Part shown: in pieces, positions 1-6,565 of the stretch
Numbering within the stretch: position 1 is the stretch's first letter
Layout of the letters: every line of letters begins with the position of its first letter
DNA from: a virus
Lineage: Duplodnaviria > Caudoviricetes
DNA: 39,979 bases
Virus record (IMG/VR): IMGVR_UViG_3300043384_000015
Coordinates: 1-39,979 of that record
Reading direction: 5' to 3' (one strand)
The notes under the pieces: generated by a model
Told to the model about the DNA's origin: nothing
The model's input: the letters and a program-made list of their open reading frames with translations, nothing else
The model's database searches: none
Translations under genes and position numbers: made by a program

Positions 1-102
1 TCGACGGCAATGCACAATGCATCGTCTGCGTCATCATCGTCTTCTGTAGAGTCGCGCCAAATAACAGCGGCATCCACTATCCTCTGCGCCTCCTGTAGCT
101 GG
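1..102. repeat. Terminal direct repeat (assembly overlap), identical to 39878-39979
   Basis: TCGACGGCAATG...CCTGTAGCTGG at both ends. Confidence 0.97.
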
Positions 103-191
103 CGCTGGAGGTCGGCGATTTTCACATTGGCCGCATCCGTTGCGACTCGTGCGCCCGCATCCCATCCCTTCGTGTATTCGGCTTGGATCAT
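1..191 (-). CDS. 5' part of a small hypothetical protein (MIQAEYTKGW...) that continues across the circular junction to 39847
   Basis: ATG at 191 overlaps the upstream TGA, preceded by GGGGAG; reads MIQAEYTKGWDAGARVATDAANVKIADLQRQLQEAQRIVDAAVIWRDSTEDDDDADDALCIAVDAAIAGERTE. Confidence 0.7.
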   Translation of the reverse strand, partial: MIQAEYTKGWDAGARVATDAANVKIADLQRQLQEAQRIVDAAVIWRDSTEDDDDADDALCIAV

Positions 192-218
192 GTCGCTCCC
201 CTGTCGCGGAGGTAGGCG
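188..218. repeat. Junction repeat D, copy 1 (other copy 1071-1101)
   Basis: Minus strand CGCCTACCT(C/A)CGCGACAGGGGAGCG(AC/GG)ATGA; 28/31 identical. Confidence 0.85.
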
Positions 219-253
219 GCGAATGCTGGCCTTGTGTACCATGCCCAGCTCAT
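188..253 (-). CDS. 21-aa micro-ORF MSWAWYTRPAFAAYLRDRGAT
   Basis: ATGA overlaps at both ends; C-terminus AYLRDRGA is shared with the 1071-1772 protein. Confidence 0.45.
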   Translation of the reverse strand: MSWAWYTRPAFAAYLRDRGAT

Positions 254-360
254 CGCGCATGCTTCCAAGCAGCTGCGAATGCGCCCCAGTCCCAATAGCC
301 GAGCCGCCAACGCCACAGAAACAGCATCTTGACCGCCCACAATTTGCCGCGCGCACTCAC
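250..360 (-). CDS. 36-aa Trp-rich hypothetical protein (VSARGKLWAVKMLFLWRWRLGYWDWGAFAAAWKHAR)
   Basis: GTGA overlap with the upstream stop, preceded by GGGGAG...GGA; ATGA overlap with the next gene. Confidence 0.55.
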   Translation of the reverse strand: MSARGKLWAVKMLFLWRWRLGYWDWGAFAAAWKHAR

Positions 361-379
361 TCCGTCCGCTCCCCGGCGA
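351..379. repeat. Junction repeat C, copy 1 (other copy 39841-39869)
   Basis: GCGC(A/G)CTCACTCCGTCCGCTCCCCGGCGA, 28/29 identical; encodes ...AGERTE-stop overlapping GTG-Ser-Ala. Confidence 0.9.
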
Positions 380-593
380 GAGACTTGGCCTCGGCTTCGC
401 CTCGTCCGATGGCGGCGTCTATGGCGGGCGGGGCGGCGAGCGACCGCACATCGTCTACAGTAAGCGCGACGCCCATCGGCCAATCCCCCGGCATCTTCAT
501 GTGCCAATCGCTGCCGCACTTTTCATAGCGCTCCGCAAACTTGCCCCACTCCGCGATTAGCTTGGCGATAACGGCGCGCTCCCGCTCGCTCAT
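357..593 (-). CDS. Hypothetical protein (MSERERAV...AGERTE)
   Basis: ATGA-coupled start inside repeat B; ends in repeat C. Confidence 0.75.
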   Translation of the reverse strand: MSERERAVIAKLIAEWGKFAERYEKCGSDWHMKMPGDWPMGVALTVDDVRSLAAPPAIDAAIGRGEAEAKSLAGERTE

Positions 594-602
594 GGCTCTA
601 CC
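583..602. repeat. Junction repeat B, partial third copy (20 bp)
   Basis: CGCTCGCTCATGGCTCTACC is identical to the core of 791-831 and 1761-1801. Confidence 0.9.
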
Positions 603-802
603 TCGAATGGCATCCCGCAATGCGGGCACGTCACCTCGCGCGGAACGACAGCCGCAGCCGGGGCGGCGCGCAGCGAATCATGGAACGCGCGCAACTGATC
701 GTCTGTAAGCGGCTCCACGAACGATACGAGGATAGCCTTGGCGTTGTCCGCCATGCGGCTGATGCCCCATACCCTCGGCAACTTGCGTCCGCGCTCGCTC
801 AT
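590..802 (-). CDS. Hypothetical protein with C-terminal CxxC (MSERGRKL...CPHCGMPFEVEP)
   Basis: Bounded on both sides by repeat B with ATGA coupling. Confidence 0.75.
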   Translation of the reverse strand: MSERGRKLPRVWGISRMADNAKAILVSFVEPLTDDQLRAFHDSLRAAPAAAVVPREVTCPHCGMPFEVEP

Positions 803-831
803 GGCTCTACCCCTTGTGGTGAGGATGGCGT
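791..831. repeat. Junction repeat B (41 bp, exact copy at 1761-1801)
   Basis: GCGCTCGCTCATGGCTCTACCCCTTGTGGTGAGGATGGCGT; the minus strand encodes TPSSPQGVEP-stop overlapping MSER. Confidence 0.95.
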
Positions 832-1074
832 CCGCTCCCCGGCGATGGCGGCGTCGACGGCAATGCACAATGCATCGTCTGCGTCATCATCGTCTTCTGT
901 AGAGTCGCGCCAAATAACAGCGGCATCCACTATCCTCTGCGCCTCCTGTAGCTGGCGCTGGAGGTCGGTGATGCGCGTGACTGACTGAGCGCAATCTGGG
1001 CAATCGTGCTGGACGCAACCAATCGGCCTGCCAAGTTCTGGAATAATCAACATGGTCTTTCGTGTGCGCGTCAT
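799..1074 (-). CDS. Hypothetical protein (MTRTRK...), C-terminal half identical to the junction-spanning gene
   Basis: ATGA-coupled to 1071-1772; contains repeat A and then repeat B. Confidence 0.75.
   Translation of the reverse strand: MTRTRKTMLIIPELGRPIGCVQHDCPDCAQSVTRITDLQRQLQEAQRIVDAAVIWRDSTEDDDDADDALCIAVDAAIAGERTPSSPQGVEP
829..968. repeat. Repeat A, 140 bp exact; second copy is 39853-39877 joined to 1-115
   Basis: Base-by-base identity; encodes DLQRQLQEAQRIVDAAVIWRDSTEDDDDADDALCIAVDAAIAGERT. Confidence 0.95.
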
Positions 1075-1101
1075 CCCGCTCCCCTGTCGCGTAGGTAGGC
1101 G
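1071..1101. repeat. Junction repeat D, copy 2
   Basis: Matches 188-218. Confidence 0.85.
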
Positions 1102-1772
1102 CGGGCTGCTTGCCACGCCAACGCCTGCCGCAATTTGTATTCGCTCGGCGGCGGTCCCGGCAAAGCGTCGTCCTTCATCGTCTTCAGTGCGACCAGTTCG
1201 CGCAAGGCATCAGCGCCCCGCTTGGCGTCGGCTTCGGCTTTCTCGGCGCGCCCTGTTTTCATGTGTGCATCGAGCGCAGTAGCAAGCGCAATTTCTGGCA
1301 GGTCGTGGTAGCTCCACAGGGTCAGCGCCGGCTCTGGGCCTTTCAATGACACAGCGACACCGGCCAACAACTGAGCGAGGCGCTCGCGCAAATACGTTTC
1401 TTCCGCCAACTCCTCGCGCAGCCGGGCGAGTTCGGCGTAGCGCACCCACTCGCCATTGGGATCGGGCGACATCCCTTGACCCACGCTGACGTTGACCTTG
1501 TATCGCTCCGCCCCCTGCGCCGGTGCAGCGGGGTCGAACCCGAACCCGCCACAAATCGCGCACGGCTGCGAGCGCATAGGGTGAACTGGGCACGACGCAG
1601 CGGTCGTCGGCTCCGCAGCGGCGGGCGCTGGCACAGCCTCGGGGGCGGCGTCCACGCCATCGTAATAGCACTCGTGGAACGTGTCGGCATAGCCACGACA
1701 CCACAACCTCCGATTGCCCATCGTGACGAAATTGGGGCAACGCTCCCTCGGGCACACCTTGCGCTCGCTCAT
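1071..1772 (-). CDS. Hypothetical mosaic early protein (Cys-rich N-terminal segments, coiled-coil C-terminus)
   Basis: 233-aa ORF; starts MSER in repeat B and ends in repeat D. Confidence 0.8.
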   Translation of the reverse strand: MSERKVCPRERCPNFVTMGNRRLWCRGYADTFHECYYDGVDAAPEAVPAPAAAEPTTAASCPVHPMRSQPCAICGGFGFDPAAPAQGAERYKVNVSVGQGMSPDPNGEWVRYAELARLREELAEETYLRERLAQLLAGVAVSLKGPEPALTLWSYHDLPEIALATALDAHMKTGRAEKAEADAKRGADALRELVALKTMKDDALPGPPPSEYKLRQALAWQAARAYLRDRGAG

Positions 1773-1801
1773 GGCTCTACCCCTTGTGGTGAGGATGGCG
1801 T
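1761..1801. repeat. Junction repeat B, copy 2
   Basis: Exact 41-bp match to 791-831. Confidence 0.95.
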
Positions 1802-2146
1802 GAGGGCGTCGAACAAATCCGGCGTCAGCGTGTCAACCGGCGGCGGTATCGGATTGTCGAGCGGGACGAACGCGGTGCACTTGCCACAGTTCACGCGTAG
1901 TCCGTCGTCGGCGACGGCCTCAACCTCTATCCATTCGCGCGGATACTCCTGGTCGTCAATGTCGTAGGCCATCGCGGCCGCGACAATCGGGCAGCCGTCA
2001 TGCTTGTCCATGTCCTCGCGGAACAGGCGGTCACGCTCACATCGCGCGCACCATTCGGCGTCGAAACACTCGCCCTCGCTCCCGTTCGATGGCCGGTACA
2101 GCCTAATCGGCGACGCCGCGAGCGCGATGCGTTCAAGGTCGATCAT
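1769..2146 (-). CDS. Hypothetical Cys-containing phage protein (YRPSNGSEGECF...WCARC)
   Basis: ATGA-coupled ORF with CxxC motifs; ends in repeat B. Confidence 0.8.
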   Translation of the reverse strand: MIDLERIALAASPIRLYRPSNGSEGECFDAEWCARCERDRLFREDMDKHDGCPIVAAAMAYDIDDQEYPREWIEVEAVADDGLRVNCGKCTAFVPLDNPIPPPVDTLTPDLFDALTPSSPQGVEP

Positions 2147-2424
2147 GGGTTCAGCGCCTCTATGGTTGCGGCCAAGAGATCGAGTTCCGACACGCGGTAG
2201 CGCAGATACAAGCCGCGCTCCTTCAGCGTGTGGATGCCGCTCGGGCCTGTGTGATGTTCCGGGCACGCGGCGATGGTCAAGAAATCGCTTGCGCGGTCGC
2301 TCGCTCCCTGTCCGTATTTCAGGTGATGGACAAGGGACGGACTGTCGCCGAGGTTCATCAGCCGACAGAGCACGCACGGCACTTGCGCGACCTTGCCCAT
2401 GTAGCGTTTCCCTGCTGCGCTCAT
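2143..2424 (-). CDS. Ref/DUF968-like HNH-type Zn-binding nuclease (recombination enhancement)
   Basis: PCVLC...VHH...SDFLTIAACPEHH...GIH motif pattern. Confidence 0.7.
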   Translation of the reverse strand: MSAAGKRYMGKVAQVPCVLCRLMNLGDSPSLVHHLKYGQGASDRASDFLTIAACPEHHTGPSGIHTLKERGLYLRYRVSELDLLAATIEALNP

Positions 2425-2753
2425 GTGTACGCCTTCCCCTCCGCGCGTCGCGTGCTTTCTTGGCTTCTCCACGCCTCGATCTTGGCCTCGGCCGCCGTTA
2501 CCATGAATCGGTTGTATTCGTCGGCCTCGACGGCTTGCTTGTACGCCTGCAGGGCGGCGAGATATTTCGGCGAGGCAAGGGCGATCATTTCCGCGCGTGC
2601 AGCAGATGGTGCGGGCGATTCGACTTGCAGTTGCGCCTTGACCGTCTTTATCCACTGTTCAAGGTAGAGCCGTTCGGCGCGCTCCTGCGCCATCTTGCGA
2701 GCGTTCGCGCGCAGCCAATCGACCGCCTTCTCTGCGTCGTCCTGCGTGATCAC
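2421..2753 (-). CDS. Helical phage protein in the recombination module
   Basis: 110-aa ORF coupled to both neighbours. Confidence 0.75.
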   Translation of the reverse strand: MITQDDAEKAVDWLRANARKMAQERAERLYLEQWIKTVKAQLQVESPAPSAARAEMIALASPKYLAALQAYKQAVEADEYNRFMVTAAEAKIEAWRSQESTRRAEGKAYT

Positions 2754-3526
2754 GCGGCCCCCTGCATTTCAAGCGCGCTCGGCATTGCACAGGTTGGGCG
2801 ATATCCCGTCTTCGCTTGCCAGTACGCGAGCAAAGAATCGAACATTGCGAGACCGGAGAACAGGTTGAAGGATTCGACAAATTTCACCTCGGGCCGATCG
2901 CGGGCAAAGAACAGGATTCCGCAGCGGGCGTTGACCACGCCCACCCCGCGACGGTACGCAGCCAATTGCATCTCGTGCTCGTCGTAGAGTTTGTCCGGTA
3001 GCTCTCCCTCCTTGCCCTTGAAGTCGATGACCCATTGAAACGACCACAAATCCGTTTTCCCGCCGTACCCGAGAGGATGCGCGAATGACCGTTCCGAATT
3101 CCATCCGCCGCCGAGTTTGTCGAGTTCGGCGACAGCAGCCTTGACCCATGGGAACAGCGCGGGGTCGGGCGGTTGCCCACGGAAGTGCCGCTCAATAGCC
3201 CCGTGGATTTCCGTTCCCCGCGCAGCCGCCTTCTTCGCCTGTTCCTGCGAATCCTGCTTGACCCGTTTCAACCATTCGGCCTCGGGTTCGTTCGGCATCC
3301 GCGGCAGGGTGAGAGCAGCCAATATCCCCTGATCGACCTTCCAATTTTCCAGAGCAGGAGCGGCGGCGCAACGGATGATTGTGGTGACGCTCGGCACAAG
3401 CTGCAATTCGCGCGCATCGCGGAGCGTGGTATTGCGCTCTTTCCCGTTCTTGCCAATGATCGTATAGCGGGGCGAGCCGTCGAGCCCGTACCAGTGACCT
3501 GCGGCTGTTGCGAAGTCGGTCGTCAT
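2750..3526 (-). CDS. PD-(D/E)XK (RecB/Cas4-like) exonuclease
   Basis: PSVTTI, RGTEIHGAIE, GYGGKTDL, IDFKG and QLAAY motifs. Confidence 0.85.
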   Translation of the reverse strand: MTTDFATAAGHWYGLDGSPRYTIIGKNGKERNTTLRDARELQLVPSVTTIIRCAAAPALENWKVDQGILAALTLPRMPNEPEAEWLKRVKQDSQEQAKKAAARGTEIHGAIERHFRGQPPDPALFPWVKAAVAELDKLGGGWNSERSFAHPLGYGGKTDLWSFQWVIDFKGKEGELPDKLYDEHEMQLAAYRRGVGVVNARCGILFFARDRPEVKFVESFNLFSGLAMFDSLLAYWQAKTGYRPTCAMPSALEMQGAA

Positions 3527-3528
3527 GG

Positions 3529-4302
3529 TTAGAATGGGATTGGTTCGTCCAAATAATCAACGGCCGTCGGCGGATCGCGCTCGTCGCGCAGCGGTGGCTC
3601 TGGCTCGTTGTTGCCGTTTGGAGCGGCGGGATAATCCTTCGTCGCGTCGGCCTTCGGGCGTTTCAGGTATTCGGCGAGGAATGCCTGCAACTCAGCGTCG
3701 AGGGCGGCGGCCTCCCTATTGGTGCTCTCGCTCGCTGGGGCGAATGAGAATTTCGGGATGCGATAGGTCGTGCCGCCCTTCTTCAATTGTTCGTAACCGT
3801 CGACCTTGATGGCGTCGACGAAATACGCCCGCACCGATTTTCCGTCTGCATCCTTCTTCGTCGGAGCGTTGCGCTTGAAGTCCATCCACGCGCCGGCCGC
3901 CGCACCCTTCAGTCCGAGATTGCCAAGCTGCAGACCGGTCTCGCCCTTGAACGCGATGTAGATCGACGCGCAGTAGTGGCCGCCGTGCGCCATGACGCGA
4001 TCACGGATATCGGTATAGATGCCGCTCGCGATTTCGCCGCCCTTGAAGCTGCGAACGACTAGAACATCCTGGCGCGTGTCGCGAACCTCGTTGGCGTAGA
4101 TGGCCGAGGCGGAAGGATCGTTCCAACCCTTGACCGTGGAGAGTTCATCCAGCAGGAGGAAGGTAAAAGCGCCGTCCACCCTGACGTTTGTCTTCGCCTC
4201 TTTGTCGTACCAACGGACGAATCCGCCATCGGCGCCGCCGGCCCATTCAAACCATCGGGAAGATGGATTTCGTGCTCCGTCGATAGGATTGCTTCGGCTC
4301 AT
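3529..4302 (-). CDS. Putative ssDNA-binding/annealing protein
   Basis: Beta-rich aromatic body with an SSB-like acidic tail DYLDEPIPF; adjacent to the exonuclease. Confidence 0.6.
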   Translation of the reverse strand: MSRSNPIDGARNPSSRWFEWAGGADGGFVRWYDKEAKTNVRVDGAFTFLLLDELSTVKGWNDPSASAIYANEVRDTRQDVLVVRSFKGGEIASGIYTDIRDRVMAHGGHYCASIYIAFKGETGLQLGNLGLKGAAAGAWMDFKRNAPTKKDADGKSVRAYFVDAIKVDGYEQLKKGGTTYRIPKFSFAPASESTNREAAALDAELQAFLAEYLKRPKADATKDYPAAPNGNNEPEPPLRDERDPPTAVDYLDEPIPF

Positions 4303-4311
4303 GTTGTCCCC

Positions 4312-4506
4312 TTAGAAAAGCGCGGCTGTTGCGGTGTCTCTCGGCGGCTTGTAGGCAATGCCCAATCCCGCCGCGAGCACTTGAATATCGTCGGCCTTCG
4401 CTCCCGCTTGGCGGCAGCGGTCGAGTGCTGCGAGGTAGGTCTGCTCCTGCTCCTGTCCGAGCTCGGCCCATGCGCGATCGTCCTGCTCTTGCAATTGTTC
4501 GTTCAT
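4312..4506 (-). CDS. Hypothetical protein
   Basis: 64-aa ORF with GAGGGG RBS in the PL operon. Confidence 0.7.
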   Translation of the reverse strand: MNEQLQEQDDRAWAELGQEQEQTYLAALDRCRQAGAKADDIQVLAAGLGIAYKPPRDTATAALF

Positions 4507-4507
4507 G

Positions 4508-4675
4508 TCAGCCCCTCAACTCAGCTTCGGCGGCCTCGGCTGCCTTGTTGCGCGGTGCCGGGCGCTCTTCGCGTTTGCGACAGCGGCGACAGCGGCGCAC
4601 AAGTTTGCTTTCGGCTAGTTTGCGTTGTGACCATCGCGGCCATGAGTGCAACCCGATCCTGCAAAGGAGGTTCAC
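4508..4675 (-). CDS. Small Cys/His protein (LLCRIGLHSW...CRRC; DUF1660-like)
   Basis: GTGA-coupled; C..H..CxxC pattern common in prophage small proteins. Confidence 0.6.
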   Translation of the reverse strand: MNLLCRIGLHSWPRWSQRKLAESKLVRRCRRCRKREERPAPRNKAAEAAEAELRG

Positions 4676-4866
4676 GATTTGCGCCCCTGGTAAATGTCCA
4701 TCAGCCACAGCGAGACGCGCCCGCGGCGGAGGAATCGAATCGCGAGCCGGTAGCGCGCACGGTGAATCTCGTTGGTCGGATATGCCCACTCGGGCCGCAC
4801 GGTGCAGCGCTTGGGCGGCGTGAGTTTGGGCGCGGGGACGGCGCGTAGCTTCGGTTTGTCGTTCAT
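4672..4866 (-). CDS. Hypothetical basic protein
   Basis: ATGA-coupled ORF MNDKPKL... Confidence 0.6.
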   Translation of the reverse strand: MNDKPKLRAVPAPKLTPPKRCTVRPEWAYPTNEIHRARYRLAIRFLRRGRVSLWLMDIYQGRKS

Positions 4867-4979
4867 CGTGACACCGCCCAAATCAGGAAGCACACGACGA
4901 GAACCACGACGGCAGCGACGAACGGAATGACGATTGCCGCGCCGGTCGGGTCTTTATCCTGCTTGTTGTAATCAGTCAT
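4863..4979 (-). CDS. 38-aa single-TM membrane protein (not in ORF track)
   Basis: GAGGA RBS; MTDYNKQDKDPTGAAIVIPFVAAVVVLVVCFLIWAVSR. Confidence 0.65.
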   Translation of the reverse strand: MTDYNKQDKDPTGAAIVIPFVAAVVVLVVCFLIWAVSR

Positions 4980-5133
4980 GACGTTCCTCAACGATATATC
5001 CGTGGCTGGCGCAGTTGGTGCAGGCGGCGTTGTGCCCCTTGCAATACGGGCAGACGACGGTGATCGCGAACGCCGCCGCGAACGATGGCGCTACGTTCGG
5101 TTGCGCGGCGAGCAAGGATTCGAAGGATTGCAT
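4972..5133 (-). CDS. Small Zn-ribbon protein (CPYC...CTNC)
   Basis: GGAGG RBS; TGATG coupling; two CxxC motifs. Confidence 0.7.
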   Translation of the reverse strand: MQSFESLLAAQPNVAPSFAAAFAITVVCPYCKGHNAACTNCASHGYIVEERHD

Positions 5134-5306
5134 CAGGCCTCCCGACGTGCCATGTAAAAGGACAGGCCCGCGCCGAGTCCGCTGGCGAGCGCCATGAATG
5201 AGGAGTGGGCATAGAAGCCCCACGCGGCGACCTGTACCAGCCACAGGCCGCAGTTGAGCGAGTGGACGAGGCGAGAGGCGTTCATGGTCATGCGCTCAGT
5301 CTTCAT
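5133..5306 (-). CDS. Small 2-TM membrane protein
   Basis: Hydrophobic ORF filling the operon gap; start uncertain. Confidence 0.55.
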   Translation of the reverse strand: MKTERMTMNASRLVHSLNCGLWLVQVAAWGFYAHSSFMALASGLGAGLSFYMARREA

Positions 5307-5646
5307 CGAGCTCACCTGTCTCCGCGTCACGAATGTCCCATTCCGTCCACTCGCGCCCTTCGATGTACAGTTCGCGCAGCGCGTCGACAGCGCGCACCAG
5401 TTCCGCGTGGGCGTCGCTCTTGTACTGGTCGCTGAAGCGAAGGCGGTCGAAATTGACCGCGGCCATGACGACCGCGCGAATCTCGGGCACGCAGTCGATC
5501 GTCTTGTCGCACAGCCAACGATAGGCATGGACCGCGCCGGGGTTGTTGCCGCCCTCGTCGAAATCCTCGCGCGCACGCTCGGCGAGGATCGAGGTGACAT
5601 CGTGCTTCGCTTCCGGTGCGTCGAGACTGCGTTCTGCGTAGGCCAT
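5296..5646 (-). CDS. Hypothetical acidic protein, first gene of the PL operon
   Basis: AGGGAG RBS just downstream of PL. Confidence 0.8.
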   Translation of the reverse strand: MAYAERSLDAPEAKHDVTSILAERAREDFDEGGNNPGAVHAYRWLCDKTIDCVPEIRAVVMAAVNFDRLRFSDQYKSDAHAELVRAVDALRELYIEGREWTEWDIRDAETGELDED

Positions 5647-5679
5647 CGGGCACTCCCTGTTTCGTTGGGGGACATCCCG

Positions 5680-5708
5680 ATAATAGGCAAGTCTGCCTAG
5701 GCTGTCAA
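5680..5708 (-). promoter_or_regulatory. Leftward sigma70 promoter PL
   Basis: TTGACA (5708-5703), 17 bp spacer, TATTAT (5685-5680). Confidence 0.85.
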
Positions 5709-5722
5709 GACATATTTGCCTA
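5684..5722. promoter_or_regulatory. OL operators (two 16-bp sites)
   Basis: TAGGCAAGTCTGCCTA (5684-5699) and AAGACATATTTGCCTA (5707-5722); consensus TAGGCA-N4-TGCCTA; 23-bp period; overlap PL. Confidence 0.8.
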
Positions 5723-5763
5723 GGAGCGGGCGAGCGTCGCCGCCCAGCAGACAGGCGGTCAGG

Positions 5764-5973
5764 TCAGAAAATGGACTTGGTGGCTCGGGCGAGCCAGTGC
5801 CAGAAGACGTAGACCGCGAACGCGGTCAGGATGACGACAAGGAGCCAGCCCCAGCCGGCATAGTCATTGCCCCAGCGGTCGGGTTGGAGCAGGGCGGCGA
5901 TGCCGAGGAACGCGCCAGCCGCGCTGCCGGCCACGCCGCTGGCCAGCACCAGCCCGGCGAGCATCATCTTCAC
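5764..5973 (-). CDS. 2-TM inner-membrane protein in the repressor operon
   Basis: GTGA-coupled to the lipoprotein gene; two hydrophobic segments. Confidence 0.7.
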   Translation of the reverse strand: MKMMLAGLVLASGVAGSAAGAFLGIAALLQPDRWGNDYAGWGWLLVVILTAFAVYVFWHWLARATKSIF

Positions 5974-6218
5974 GGCTTGCGAGTGTACCCTTTGGATCTC
6001 ATGCAGGCGTCGAACACGCGATTGTAGGACTCGGAACGCGAGGCGACCCCGGTCAGGCCGCCGTAGCCGCCGGACGTCCGGCTCTGCTCGCCGGCCATCT
6101 CGCACCCGGCGGACTCGCGGGCGAACTGCTCGTCGGGGTCGGTGTGCCGGTAGTCGCCCGCTTTATACGACGCGCAGCCGGCCAAAACGGCCGCTAGGAC
6201 GACGATCGCGAGCCTCAC
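5970..6218 (-). CDS. Small lipoprotein in the repressor operon
   Basis: GTGA-coupled to the repressor; signal VRLAIVVLAAVLAG-C (lipobox LAGC); C-terminal CMRSKGY. Confidence 0.8.
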   Translation of the reverse strand: MRLAIVVLAAVLAGCASYKAGDYRHTDPDEQFARESAGCEMAGEQSRTSGGYGGLTGVASRSESYNRVFDACMRSKGYTRKP

Positions 6219-6565
6219 TGTGTCCCCGGCAGCGGACCGCGGCGCGCGAGCTCCAAGGCCCGGTAAAGGTTCTCCTCCTCGGGCGACAGGGCGCGCAGCA
6301 CTTGCGGGTTGCGGGGGTTGAGGCCGGGAACGAGAAGCTGGTAGGGCTGCACGTCGAACGCCGCCGCGATCGCCTGCACGGTGTCGATCTGCACGCTCAC
6401 CGCAGCCTTCAGGACTCGCCCGACCGTCTTCTGGTCGATCGGGAATCCGGCTTTCGTCGCGGCGATCGCGACCGCGTCCTGCGTTCGCAGTGCTTCGTTC
6501 GCCTTCATCAACGCCTTCACGTTTGCCGCGAGGATCAGTTCCACAGGTTCCCCCTTTGCCGCCAT
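6215..6565 (-). CDS. Phage repressor (XRE-type HTH, no peptidase domain)
   Basis: LAANVKALM...TQDAVA...IDQKTVGRVL...IDTVQAIAAAFDVQPYQLL; divergent from the cro-like gene across the operators. Confidence 0.8.
   Translation of the reverse strand: MAAKGEPVELILAANVKALMKANEALRTQDAVAIAATKAGFPIDQKTVGRVLKAAVSVQIDTVQAIAAAFDVQPYQLLVPGLNPRNPQVLRALSPEEENLYRALELARRGPLPGTQ

Noticed and set aside
1-102. Biological T7-like terminal repeat
   Set aside because: It falls mid-gene inside an internal repeat, as expected for an assembler overlap; true packaging ends cannot be inferred
188-1801. CRISPR array or integron attC cassettes
   Set aside because: The repeats are of several types, irregularly spaced, protein-coding and non-palindromic; no attC-like inverted boxes, and the integrase looks like an ordinary phage Int
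2750-3526. CRISPR-associated Cas4
   Set aside because: No Fe-S cysteine cluster, cas genes or array; the context is a phage recombination exonuclease
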